This document shows, piece by piece, positions 39,152 to 49,333 of a DNA stretch of 64,000 bases. The position numbers and the translations under genes are program-made. Origin of the DNA: Nitrosopumilus sp. GTDB lineage: Archaea > Thermoproteota > Nitrososphaeria > Nitrososphaerales > Nitrosopumilaceae. Numbering within the stretch: the first letter of the stretch is position 1; each line of letters begins with the position of its first letter. The notes beneath the pieces are model-generated. The model saw only the letters and a program-made list of their open reading frames with translations. It had not been told where the DNA came from and did not search any database. Location: contig OZ240211.1 of NCBI GenBank assembly GCA_965197525.1, forward strand, positions 1,312,001-1,376,000, written 5' to 3'.

Positions 39152-39916
39152 TTACAATCTTAAAACTTTTAACAAATTATTGAAATTTTCTTGTGTCCTG
39201 TACTGTTTGTACTGCCGTAATGCATCAATAATCTCCTCTTTTGGTGGATTTTTGTATATTTTTTGGATTTTTTTTGCAATTCCTGTTCCAATGAAGAAAG
39301 CCTGAGTAATTGATGTAACATTAGAAGGGCGTCTACTTGTACTAGAACTCTCAAAATCAATCAACATAGCTTTTGTTTCACTCACAATAACATGCTTTGA
39401 GATATTGTTTAGTTCTCCATGATCAAAGCCTATCTCATCTAATCTATAACAATCTTCTAAAATATTTTTTATAACAGTCTTTAGTCTTTTAGAACTGCCT
39501 ACTCCTTTTAACAAATCCACCCAATCTCGAAATTTTTTACCTTGAATATGTTCCATGACTAGAAAATTTCTACTGACATCAAACATTTCGGGGCCAACGT
39601 TTACAGAATTTGCTAATTTTAATAAAACAGCTTCATCTTGCATTCGCTCTCTTTGTGAGTCAGTTCTTCTAATCTTTAATGCAATCTTTTTATTTTCATG
39701 TTTTGCAACAACTACAACACCAACGTATCCTTTACCTAAAATGGCTAACCCTCCAATTGTAGTGGGCCCAGTTAATGAGATTGCACTAATCTTTAGTGTT
39801 TCCAACTCTTTAATTCTTGATTTTATCTGTCGACTGGTTGCTTTAGGATATCCTAAAACATTAGAGTAGGGCTTGTCTACAAATTTTTTAATTGAAATAA
39901 AGGAATACATCATCAA
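39152..39916 (-). CDS. RIO/Bud32-like Ser/Thr protein kinase
   Basis: LGKGYVGVV, ALKIRR, LVMEHI, DHGEL, LIDFE. Confidence 0.85.
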   Translation of the reverse strand: MMMYSFISIKKFVDKPYSNVLGYPKATSRQIKSRIKELETLKISAISLTGPTTIGGLAILGKGYVGVVVVAKHENKKIALKIRRTDSQRERMQDEAVLLKLANSVNVGPEMFDVSRNFLVMEHIQGKKFRDWVDLLKGVGSSKRLKTVIKNILEDCYRLDEIGFDHGELNNISKHVIVSETKAMLIDFESSSTSRRPSNVTSITQAFFIGTGIAKKIQKIYKNPPKEEIIDALRQYKQYRTQENFNNLLKVLRL

Positions 39917-41222
39917 TTAAAATTAACTCACTTGCTACCTCTTTAATTGATTTGGTTAAATTTTTCTTGCCGACTGAAACTTCAACACCTTCTTTTAAAT
40001 CCCTTTGAAGGCCTTTTGGAACATTTTTTTTGGCGTCTTTTAAACAGTCAACCATAAACTCTGTTGCATTAACATATCGTCTCTTCTTTAATGCTGTAAT
40101 TTTTTGATCTTTTCCAATCCACATAGGTTCATTATTTCTAAGATTTTTAGATATGAATTTTTTAGAATCATCTTGCCTGAAAAACTCGGGCCCATTTTGA
40201 GAGTATATGTAGCTAATTTCTATAGATTCCAAGAAGAAGAACAAGTAAATCTTCTTATCTTGCCCTACATGCGGTCTGCTTCTAAGTACTGTAAACCCGT
40301 TTGATTCTAACTGCGATGATAACACACCTACCATTTTTTTTATCTGACCCCATATTATATCAGGCCTATTTTCTTTAAAATTAAATCTCACCACTAGTAG
40401 ATTGTTCCAATATGTTTCTGAAATTCTGGTTTTGGCCTCTATAAAAAATTCTTTTGATGGTTTATCCTTGAATGCTCTGCATAAAAGAATGAATTTCCCG
40501 ATATTCTCTGTTGATATTGCAGCAGCTAAATTCCTGTTACTGTCAACCGGATCCATAATCACTAGCGGCGTGTCAAATATTTTTGTAGCCTCGCCAATAA
40601 CTTGCTTTTCTTTTATCTCTGACATTGAGTTTATCAAATTCCTGAAACTTTTGTATCTTAAAATTAAAACCTCTGCAACATAACCACTGAATCCCTGTGT
40701 TGCAATCTCTGCTCCCAGAATTTTATTTGATCTTAAAAATGTCTTCAGAATTCTAACCTCGTTTCTCATCTTAGGTGTTAACGCCTTTCTCATATGTCTA
40801 GTATGAAATGGGGATCTGTCTGCTGCACTTTTCCACTCGCCATTCTTTACATCATAACATGGCACAATATTCACTCGAGTATCTTTAATTTTTCCTTCAA
40901 CATATGGGTGTTGAGAATATCTTATGTCTCTGGAATCAACAGGCAATACACCCAAACCAATCTCCAAAGAAATCTTTTCAAATTCTTTCTCCGATACATT
41001 TTTTTTAAATCTAATAAATATGTCAATATCTGAATTTTGCATCAACCATGTTTTTTTTGCAAACGAACCGCCTAATTCCAAATCTTTTATTTGTGGATAT
41101 CTTTTAATCTCATTTTCAATTAACGTGCATATTTCTTTAGCAGTTTTTTCACGCAACTGCTCTGTTTTTTTTGGGGGCTCGACGTATTTGGAAATCTTGG
41201 AGATTGTGTCTTTCATTTCCAT
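39888..41222 (-). CDS. cca: Archaeal CCA-adding enzyme (likely start 41216)
   Basis: GGSFAKKTWL..SDIDIF, HPY, DRSPFHT, GFSGYVAE, MDPVD.NRN. Confidence 0.95.
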   Translation of the reverse strand: MEMKDTISKISKYVEPPKKTEQLREKTAKEICTLIENEIKRYPQIKDLELGGSFAKKTWLMQNSDIDIFIRFKKNVSEKEFEKISLEIGLGVLPVDSRDIRYSQHPYVEGKIKDTRVNIVPCYDVKNGEWKSAADRSPFHTRHMRKALTPKMRNEVRILKTFLRSNKILGAEIATQGFSGYVAEVLILRYKSFRNLINSMSEIKEKQVIGEATKIFDTPLVIMDPVDSNRNLAAAISTENIGKFILLCRAFKDKPSKEFFIEAKTRISETYWNNLLVVRFNFKENRPDIIWGQIKKMVGVLSSQLESNGFTVLRSRPHVGQDKKIYLFFFLESIEISYIYSQNGPEFFRQDDSKKFISKNLRNNEPMWIGKDQKITALKKRRYVNATEFMVDCLKDAKKNVPKGLQRDLKEGVEVSVGKKNLTKSIKEVASELILIDDVFLYFN

Positions 41223-41392
41223 ACCTTAATCTCCACTGAACTCTTGCAATCAGTTTGGCCATATGGATTTATTTTATTTTTTTTAAACTTTATCCTCAAT
41301 ATTTCATGCATAGCATAACCAATCATTCTTACTCTTTCAACTCTTATCCCGTTCAACCTCCTTTTAATTTTAAATATTGTGATGTAAGATTC
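41213..41392 (-). pseudogene. thpR: Remnant of RNA 2',3'-cyclic phosphodiesterase (thpR), C-terminal part
   Basis: Startless frame ESYITIFKIKRR...EILRIKFKKNKINPYG...VEIKVWK* resembles the ThpR C-terminus (PHITxxR motif decayed); its TGA overlaps the cca ATG. Confidence 0.5.
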
Positions 41393-41501
41393 TAACTAAC
41401 TCTCAGTCTCATCCCCTTGGTTAGTTTGATAAACTAGGATGATTTGCCAACCTGATACGTATTCTCAGTTAACTTCATACTGATCTCTGATTCCCTAACA
41501 T

Positions 41502-42053
41502 GTGTTGAAAAAACTAATCATATGTTTGACAGGCATGCCTGGAGCTGGTAAATCTACTATTGCAAACGGATTAGAATCTAGGGGCTATCGTGTTATTAAT
41601 TTAGGCAACCAAGTCCGCAAAGAAGCAGAGAGAAGAAATTTAGAATTAACTCGTGATGTTCTTGGAAAACTCATGCTAGAACTACGAGAAAAAAATGGTC
41701 CTGGTGCAGTAGCAGAACTAGTTAAACCACAGATAGAATCTTCAACTGCTAATGTAATAGTGGTAGATGGAGTAAGATCAAATGATGAAGTCCAAGTTCT
41801 CAGAAAATTCGGAACAGTGAAATTATTGGCAGTTCATGCATCCACAGATACAAGATTTGATTTTCTTCAAAAAAGAGGGAGACAAGACGATCCTAAAACA
41901 AAAGAACATTTTGATGAGAGAGACAGTCGTGAATTAGGAGTAGGTATTAGCAATTCAATTGCACTATCTGACTATGCAATATCCAACATTAATCTAACAA
42001 AAGACGAGTTAATAGAAAACACTTTCAATCTCATTCAAAGTTGGCTAGAATGA
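41502..42053 (+). CDS. Nucleotide kinase, UPF0200/dephospho-CoA kinase-like
   Basis: GMPGAGKST, VVDGVRS, RFDFL.KRGR.DDP, RDSRELGVG. Confidence 0.85.
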   Translation: MLKKLIICLTGMPGAGKSTIANGLESRGYRVINLGNQVRKEAERRNLELTRDVLGKLMLELREKNGPGAVAELVKPQIESSTANVIVVDGVRSNDEVQVLRKFGTVKLLAVHASTDTRFDFLQKRGRQDDPKTKEHFDERDSRELGVGISNSIALSDYAISNINLTKDELIENTFNLIQSWLE

Positions 42054-42448
42054 AGATCCCCCACATTAATTGTCACATCAAGATGATATCCACTATTAAT
42101 CCTTCAGAAGATCCTAGCAAAATATCTACAGCAATAGCTAACGTTTTTCCTTACTCTGTAATTAAAACCAACAGTCTCTTAATAACAGCTACATCACAGG
42201 AGTTAAGATCATTTGAGATGATTTATGAAGCAATCCATAACCATCAATCCCAAAAAGCTTACAGCCGTCATTTGCAAAATAACATTAATGGTAATACAAC
42301 ATGGTTTCTTCTTAATAAACAAGCAGCATTTGTTAAAAGAGTGGTAATATGTGATGAATCAGAGGAATCTCCATTAGGCCCAATAACGGTAACTCTTACA
42401 TCCTCAAATATTGATGAGATCATCGACTGGCTAGTTCAGCAAAATTAG
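42041..42448 (+). CDS. UPF0201/DUF54 family protein
   Basis: INPSED..KI..AI.N, LNKQAA, PLGPI. Confidence 0.85.
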   Translation: MARMKIPHINCHIKMISTINPSEDPSKISTAIANVFPYSVIKTNSLLITATSQELRSFEMIYEAIHNHQSQKAYSRHLQNNINGNTTWFLLNKQAAFVKRVVICDESEESPLGPITVTLTSSNIDEIIDWLVQQN

Positions 42449-42496
42449 TGAAATGTTGTTAAGAAAATTCACGCATTATCGATTATTTTTTTTAGT

Positions 42497-42898
42497 TTGA
42501 AACTAAAATCTATTTTTCAAGGTTATTATCTAATGTTGCTAAAATTAGTTATAATTGCAGGCATTGTTATCTTTGGGGTCACGCTTTTTGCTAGTGATAT
42601 CCAAACATTTCTTCCAACCACCTCCTCAATTGCTGTTGATTCACTCACAGCTGACGTTGCTGACCTTACTGTGCAGGCATCTGATTCTGTAGAACAACGC
42701 CTAGATACCACAGTTGATACAATTAAAAACACAGCATACGACGTTTTAACAACACAATTCAACAACGCTGAAGTACTAATAACTGATGGAATTACTAATG
42801 TAACTGATTCAACTCAAAATGTAATTGATGATGGGTTATCAAATTTTAAACCTATTGAACCACTAACTAATCTGTTTAACAATAGCTCAAGTCCTTAA
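42497..42898 (+). CDS. Exported or membrane-anchored hypothetical protein
   Basis: N-terminal hydrophobic helix; T/D-rich amphipathic body. Confidence 0.55.
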   Translation: MKLKSIFQGYYLMLLKLVIIAGIVIFGVTLFASDIQTFLPTTSSIAVDSLTADVADLTVQASDSVEQRLDTTVDTIKNTAYDVLTTQFNNAEVLITDGITNVTDSTQNVIDDGLSNFKPIEPLTNLFNNSSSP

Positions 42899-42989
42899 CT
42901 ACCATTATTCTTAATGCTCCATATGGCCGTGTGGTCTTTTGACTGCTTGTTTACCGTGCAGAACGCCACAACATGCCATGGTATGAATG

Positions 42990-43721
42990 CTATTTTTTAC
43001 CATTCTCTTTGAACAAAGCGACTAATCTTGGTAATGATGATGCCCCGGTCTCTCTTATACTCAAGTCCATGTTAGGTGACATCTCTGTACTAGACGGATT
43101 GATCTCTATTATTACTGCATTATTTCTTCTTGCATAGTTTGGAAGTGTATTTGCCGGTGATACTACAAGTGATGTTCCTACAACTATCATAAGATCACAC
43201 TGACTTGCAAAATCTATAGCTCTTTCCCATGTATCCTGCGGCAGACCTTCTCCGAACCACACCACATCTGGTCTAAGCATATTGCCACACTTGCAGATGG
43301 GTAAACTATCGTTGTATTCTGTTAGTACTCTATCTTTAAAATCACATACGGTACATCTGATCTTTATGATACTTCCATGCAGTTCTTGCACATTTGAACT
43401 GCCAGCTCTCTGATGCAGTTCATCAACGTTCTGTGTCAAGACTGCAACTTGGACATACTCTTCCAACTCTGCAATTGCCTTGTGACCTTGATTTGGCAGC
43501 GCTTGCAAAATATTTTTTCTTCTGTCATTGTACCACTCCCAAACTAATTTTGGATCCTCATAAAATGCATCTATGCTTGCTAGTCGCATTGCATCGTGAT
43601 TTCTCCATAATCCGTCTTTACCTCTGAATGTGGGTATTCCGCTCTCTTGTGATATTCCTGCCCCTGTCACAAAGGCAATTTTTTTGATCTCATTAATTCG
43701 TGTCTTGATTAGATCAAACAT
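42990..43721 (-). CDS. cobB: Sirtuin, NAD-dependent protein deacylase
   Basis: TGAGISQESGIPTFRG, TQNVD.LH, HGS, RPDVVWFGE, VGTS. Confidence 0.95.
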   Translation of the reverse strand: MFDLIKTRINEIKKIAFVTGAGISQESGIPTFRGKDGLWRNHDAMRLASIDAFYEDPKLVWEWYNDRRKNILQALPNQGHKAIAELEEYVQVAVLTQNVDELHQRAGSSNVQELHGSIIKIRCTVCDFKDRVLTEYNDSLPICKCGNMLRPDVVWFGEGLPQDTWERAIDFASQCDLMIVVGTSLVVSPANTLPNYARRNNAVIIEINPSSTEMSPNMDLSIRETGASSLPRLVALFKENGKK

Positions 43722-43722
43722 C

Positions 43723-44622
43723 TCATTTAATCTCCACCTCTAATAGATCTTTTGCAGTTATCACACAATCAAATATTTTTTTTGCCTCCTCCAAATGCCT
43801 TGTTTCATCTTTGTACCTTGCTGAAAAATGTGTTAAAATTAGATTTTTTACATTTGCATTTTTTCCCAAAACAGCTGCTTGGCTTGCAGTTGAATGCTGC
43901 GTATCTATTGCCTTTTGCTCTTCATCATCTAGGAATGTAGCATCAAACACAAGATAATCACATCGCTGAAAAAATTTTTCTAATTTCTTTGTAGGCGCTG
44001 TATCACCGGAAATTCCTATCTTTTTCCCTGCTCTACTTGGACCTAGTACCTGTTCTGGCCTTATTACCTTTGTATCAACGACAACTCTCTGTCCGTTCTG
44101 TAATTTGCTCCATAATTGGCCTTTTGGTACTTTTAACTCGTGTGCTTTTTCTGCATTGAATCTTCCAGGTCTATCTTTCTCTTTGAACAAATATGAAAAT
44201 GCTGTAACTGAATGATCTGCCTGGCACACCTCTATTGAAAATTTTTCATCCTCAAAAATAATACCCTCTTTAACAACGGTAATTGGTGCATCAAACGATG
44301 ATCTAAAACCCAGGATCTTTATACTATTATCAATGAATTCCTTTATCCCCTTTGGTCCAAAAATCTCTAATGTCTTTGTCCTCTTTTGCATAGACATTGT
44401 TTGTAATAATCCTAAAACTCCTATACAATGGTCACCATGTAAATGGGTAACAAATAATTTCATCTTTTTATTCCAGCCTAGCCCTGATCTCATATATGCC
44501 ATTTGTGTGGCCTCTCCTGCATCAAACATCAAGATCTCCCCATCTCTCTCTAAACAAACACATGATAATCCTCTATCTTCGGTGGGTTGAGATGCTGACG
44601 TACCTAAAAACACAAGTTTCAT
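43723..44622 (-). CDS. rnz: Ribonuclease Z
   Basis: FLGTS, THLHGDH, exosite GKF...GVP.G, SGDT, HST, LTHFSARY. Confidence 0.95.
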   Translation of the reverse strand: MKLVFLGTSASQPTEDRGLSCVCLERDGEILMFDAGEATQMAYMRSGLGWNKKMKLFVTHLHGDHCIGVLGLLQTMSMQKRTKTLEIFGPKGIKEFIDNSIKILGFRSSFDAPITVVKEGIIFEDEKFSIEVCQADHSVTAFSYLFKEKDRPGRFNAEKAHELKVPKGQLWSKLQNGQRVVVDTKVIRPEQVLGPSRAGKKIGISGDTAPTKKLEKFFQRCDYLVFDATFLDDEEQKAIDTQHSTASQAAVLGKNANVKNLILTHFSARYKDETRHLEEAKKIFDCVITAKDLLEVEIK

Positions 44623-44831
44623 TTCATTATGATTATTCTAATCAGGCTTTTATGCCTATAGATTCAATCAATCTAAAAAATTAAGATTTGGACAACGCTG
44701 ATCCAATATTCTTAATATCATGAAACCAAAACTGCCCTAACTGCAACAACTGCTAATGATTGGAGTGTAAAACATGCCAATTACAAGTAAAATCATTTAA
44801 CACAGCATTATTTTACGAAACAATACTAGTA

Positions 44832-45716
44832 CTATTCTGCTATTGTTTTGGCAATCGTATTTGTAATATCCACCATTGTAGATGTCTTGTTAGGAATTGT
44901 ATTAGTGCTGATAATTTCTTCCACCCCTGACTCTCTTATCTTTTTCTCTGCATTATCTATCAAAAGAGCGTGTGTACATACTACATACACTTTGTTACAT
45001 CCTTGTCTTCTGAGAAACTCTGTAGCTTTCACTATGCTACCTCCAGTACTTATTATATCATCAACTATAATTAGATCTCTTTTTACTACATCAGCATTAT
45101 CGGTTTCAATTTGAACCTGTCCCGTCTTTTTATCCCTCTTCTTCTCTAAAGCAATACACTCTGATCCAAACTCTCTTGCAAATTCTTGAGCTCTATCTCT
45201 TCCACCCTGATCAGGGGAGACTACCAATGGATCTACCAAATTCAATCCTTTACAATATTGCACAAGATCTGGAATTGCCGTTACATTTTCTGTGTTCATG
45301 TCAAAATGTTTTAATCCTAATACACTATGAATATCAACTGTAATAATTTTTGACGCACCTGCACCTTTGAACAACTTTCCGAGAACTTGCATAGTAACAA
45401 TCTCGCCTGACAGAAATTCTTTATCTTGTCTTGCATACCCCATGTATGGAACTACGGCAATTACATCTGATGATGTCTCTTTGGCCTTTGCAATTAATGA
45501 TAATACATGTACAAGATTTGTATCAACTGGCGGGCAGGTTGACTGTACAACAATGGTCTTATCCTTTGATAAGCTCCCACTCAATGTTATCTTACTCTCC
45601 CCATCTGGGAATATTCTAATCTCTGATTTCACCAACTCGGCGTTTATCTTCTCAGACAGCCCCTCTGCTAAACCCTCAGAGGTTTTTCCCGAAACTATTG
45701 TTACTTTGCTCAACAA
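44832..45716 (-). CDS. prs: Ribose-phosphate pyrophosphokinase
   Basis: FPDGE, PYMGYARQD, VSPDQGG, VDDIISTGGS. Confidence 0.96.
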   Translation of the reverse strand: MLSKVTIVSGKTSEGLAEGLSEKINAELVKSEIRIFPDGESKITLSGSLSKDKTIVVQSTCPPVDTNLVHVLSLIAKAKETSSDVIAVVPYMGYARQDKEFLSGEIVTMQVLGKLFKGAGASKIITVDIHSVLGLKHFDMNTENVTAIPDLVQYCKGLNLVDPLVVSPDQGGRDRAQEFAREFGSECIALEKKRDKKTGQVQIETDNADVVKRDLIIVDDIISTGGSIVKATEFLRRQGCNKVYVVCTHALLIDNAEKKIRESGVEEIISTNTIPNKTSTMVDITNTIAKTIAE

Positions 45717-45755
45717 AAAAATATGATTTGTAGGGATTCTTAAGTTTTGAGAACA

Positions 45756-47555
45756 TCATTCATCCTCACCGCCACCACGACCTAGATCACCCATACCATA
45801 TTCTTCAATCACTTCTTCTCTTTGTTTGTCAAACATATCAATCTCCTTTTGTTCACGTTTTTCATCTCCTTGATATATAGTCCTAATTGGCCATGGAATT
45901 CTAATATCATATTTTTTGAACTCTTCATACATGATCAGTCTCATATCCGTTTTAGTCTTGAATTGTGCACCATAGTCTCTAACATAGAGCCATAATGAAA
46001 AATCCAACGCAGAGTCATTAAACTGATTAAATCTGATAACGGGTTGGGTTATATCAACATGAACATCTTTATCACAGCCACAACTTGGTTTGTTCTCATC
46101 TAGATACGGACACCGTGTCTGTCTTACCAGGTGTCTTCCTTTTCCATCAATAGTCTCTTTCATTGCGCGTTGTCCGACCTTGACCAGTATTGCTGCAACT
46201 TGTTTGGGATTGTTAAGATAGGATACCCCTACTTGTACAATCGCAGGCACCATCCTTATCTCTTTTGAGTAATTAATAATCTGGGAATTAACCAACTGTC
46301 TTGTTGGAATTATAGCAAACGACTCATTCAGTGCATCTCGAATATATGTAACTCTGGGAGTAATTTTATGCACGTATCCGTTATATCCCGTATCTAGTTT
46401 TATCCGCTCTCCTTCTGCGAATATCTTCTCTTTTCGAATCAAAATATACGCGAAATAGTTCTGCATTGTCTCTTGTAGTGCCAACCCAATACCGATAGCC
46501 AATCCTCCTGTTGCAGTGGCAAGAACGATCAAATCAATACCCCACCAGCTAACAACTCCAATAACGACTGCGCCAAAAATTCCCAATGGCAAAACCTGTC
46601 TAATATTTTTTGGTAAGTGTTTTCTCTTCTTTCGCGCATATCCCGGCGGTTTTGCACCAGCAACTATTGGCTCAAATCCATTTAACCTCTTCTCTTCTCT
46701 CCACGTATCAATTGGATATATCTCCTCACTGTCTTTACCTATTCTAAGTTTTTTCCCTGATTGATTGTTCTCTGAAACCGCATTATCAAAATAATTAATG
46801 TATTTCATTCTCTCTGACTTTTTCCACTCTTCAAATGGATTCTCGACTAATTGTTCATAACTACCAATTGGTAATCCTTTCATCGTTCTAAATGTTTCAA
46901 GAAACCTTCTACCTTCGTCAGTTTTGAGCTTTTCTCTGAATTTCTCATCTGTTATATCTTCGGGTGTGTTTTTAGGTGCTATCCACTTGAAACATTTGTG
47001 GAATAAATCCTTCTCATCGTCTTGAAATCCTCGCAGATCCTTCCATGCTTGAAAATCACTTTTTTCAAGATTGGATTTCTCTCTCTTTGTAAGCATTATA
47101 GGGATTAGCTGAGCAACAGAATACCCAATCACCAGTATGTTAATTGTATTAAGAATTTTTGAAAAGCTTTCTGCAGGAGTTAACTGCATATTATTATTTT
47201 GTGTTGTTGTGGCATTGTCTTTATCTGTTGCAATATCTACAGAATTTATTGTTTCTATTTCTTCAAATACATCAAAAGATTGGATATACACATTCATACT
47301 AGTAATGAGGACTATTGCAAAAAATGGCAATATGCCCACCCTAACAAATCTTGAAAGGTGAGGTCTCACATACTTAAATTTCTGTTTTTTGACCCAGTTT
47401 GAGAATCTACGATAAACTAACACAATAGTTACAATTCCAATAATTAAAATCGCAAGTGTAATTTGTAAGGCCTCAGATGATCCAACCAATTCAAAGACAT
47501 TATGAACTCCGCTTGCTTGGCCTGCAACTACATCTATTATCTCGTCTTCGACCAT
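45756..47555 (-). CDS. MscS-family mechanosensitive channel with long N-terminal and cytoplasmic insertions
   Basis: GLAIGIGLALQETMQNYFA, GERIKL, INYS, VGVSY, RIPWPIRT. Confidence 0.88.
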   Translation of the reverse strand: MVEDEIIDVVAGQASGVHNVFELVGSSEALQITLAILIIGIVTIVLVYRRFSNWVKKQKFKYVRPHLSRFVRVGILPFFAIVLITSMNVYIQSFDVFEEIETINSVDIATDKDNATTTQNNNMQLTPAESFSKILNTINILVIGYSVAQLIPIMLTKREKSNLEKSDFQAWKDLRGFQDDEKDLFHKCFKWIAPKNTPEDITDEKFREKLKTDEGRRFLETFRTMKGLPIGSYEQLVENPFEEWKKSERMKYINYFDNAVSENNQSGKKLRIGKDSEEIYPIDTWREEKRLNGFEPIVAGAKPPGYARKKRKHLPKNIRQVLPLGIFGAVVIGVVSWWGIDLIVLATATGGLAIGIGLALQETMQNYFAYILIRKEKIFAEGERIKLDTGYNGYVHKITPRVTYIRDALNESFAIIPTRQLVNSQIINYSKEIRMVPAIVQVGVSYLNNPKQVAAILVKVGQRAMKETIDGKGRHLVRQTRCPYLDENKPSCGCDKDVHVDITQPVIRFNQFNDSALDFSLWLYVRDYGAQFKTKTDMRLIMYEEFKKYDIRIPWPIRTIYQGDEKREQKEIDMFDKQREEVIEEYGMGDLGRGGGEDE

Positions 47556-47702
47556 CTAGCACACATCTCCCTTTGTATAGGTAATACAGACATCTATTAT
47601 CATTTCTAATTGTTATTTTTACTCTTTTTTTATTAAATTTATCAAATTTTTATACGCTAACTGATGTAACCTTTAACAAGGGGGAATCTTATTAGTTGTT
47701 TT

Positions 47703-49052
47703 ATGACCCTTCAAGAGTCTATTTGGGATAATGGCTCCCCCTCGCTAAAATCCTATACCCTCTCAAACTTTCGCACCCTGCCCCAAATTCAAAAACTTGG
47801 TGAGGATGCTCAATTTGAGATGGAAGTTGTAGGAAATGTCTTACCATTTAAAGCAAATAACTATGTCATTGAACAGTTAATTGACTGGAATAACATACCA
47901 AATGATCCAATCTTTGTCTTGACATTTCCTCAAAGAGGAATGTTAAAACCAGAACATTATGAAAAGATGGAGACTGCTCTGAAGAATAATGCTGATAAAA
48001 AAGAGATTGCATCTATTGCAAACGAGATTCGTTTACAGTTAAATCCTCATCCTGCAGGTCAGATGGAATTAAATGTTCCAGCACTTAGTGATGGGACTAA
48101 ACTATACGGAATGCAACATAAATACAAAGAGACTTGTCTCTTCTTTCCTAGCCAAAGTCAGACATGTCATGCTTATTGTAGTTTTTGCTTTAGATGGCCT
48201 CAGTTTGTTGGAATGGATGAGATGAAGTTTGCTATGCAAGAAGGAGCACAGCTTGCTCAATATGTTAGTGAACACCCTGAAATCTCTGACATTCTCTTCA
48301 CTGGCGGTGATCCAATGATTATGAGGGCAAAGATCTTTGGCAAATACATTGATACGTTAATTGACGCAAAACTCCCCAATCTCAAAACAATCAGGATTGG
48401 AACAAAAGCGTTGGCATATTGGCCTTACAAATTTTTGACAGATCCTGATGCCCAAGAGATGCTAGATATCTTTAGAAAGATTACTGACAATGGAATACAC
48501 CTAGCATTTATGTCCCATTTCAATCATCTAAATGAACTATCTACCGCTGTTGTCAAAGATGCAATCAAGGCAGTACGAGCAACGGGCGCGCAAATAAGAA
48601 CCCAATCTCCTCTTCTAGCACACATAAATGATGACGCAGAGATGTGGGCAAAGATGTGGCAAAAGCAAGTCGATTTGGGATGTATTCCATATTATATGTT
48701 CGTAGTTAGGGATACTGGTGCCCAACATTACTTTGGCGTTTCTTTGGATAAAGCATGTGATATCTTTACTCATGCATACTCTCTGGTAAGTGGTTTAGCT
48801 AGGACCGTACGTGGACCAAGCATGTCTGCAACCCCTGGAAAGGTGCACGTTCTTGGAACTGCAACCATAAATGATCAAAAAGTTTATGCACTACGATTCT
48901 TGCAAGGCAGAAATCCTGACTGGGTAAAAGAAATATTCTTTGCCAAATATGATAAAGATGCGATATGGTTAGATGATCTCAAACCTGCATTTGGTGACAA
49001 GTTCTTCTTTACTGACGAGCTCGAACGATTCAAATCCTCTAAAATGAGTTAA
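47703..49052 (+). CDS. KamA-family radical SAM protein (lysine 2,3-aminomutase-like)
   Basis: HKYKET, CHAYCSFCFRW, FTGGDPM, IPYYMF. Confidence 0.88.
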   Translation: MTLQESIWDNGSPSLKSYTLSNFRTLPQIQKLGEDAQFEMEVVGNVLPFKANNYVIEQLIDWNNIPNDPIFVLTFPQRGMLKPEHYEKMETALKNNADKKEIASIANEIRLQLNPHPAGQMELNVPALSDGTKLYGMQHKYKETCLFFPSQSQTCHAYCSFCFRWPQFVGMDEMKFAMQEGAQLAQYVSEHPEISDILFTGGDPMIMRAKIFGKYIDTLIDAKLPNLKTIRIGTKALAYWPYKFLTDPDAQEMLDIFRKITDNGIHLAFMSHFNHLNELSTAVVKDAIKAVRATGAQIRTQSPLLAHINDDAEMWAKMWQKQVDLGCIPYYMFVVRDTGAQHYFGVSLDKACDIFTHAYSLVSGLARTVRGPSMSATPGKVHVLGTATINDQKVYALRFLQGRNPDWVKEIFFAKYDKDAIWLDDLKPAFGDKFFFTDELERFKSSKMS

Positions 49053-49333
49053 ACTTTATTGCTAAATCTGTCATATTAAATAAATTGGGCATATCAAATT
49101 TTATTTCATAAAATAATAAAATACTACATCTGGTTTATCTTGTAGATGTGAAACAACGCGCATGTCTTTCAATCTATACATTTTGTGGCTAACTAACGCT
49201 GATTTTTTGTGACATGCTTGCGCATTTGATAATTATAAGATTATCCAAATACAACGTCATTCAGTTGCAATACGGCTAGATTGATCCAACTTGATACAGA
49301 AAGAATAAAACATTAACTCGGTTTTCCAAAGTC

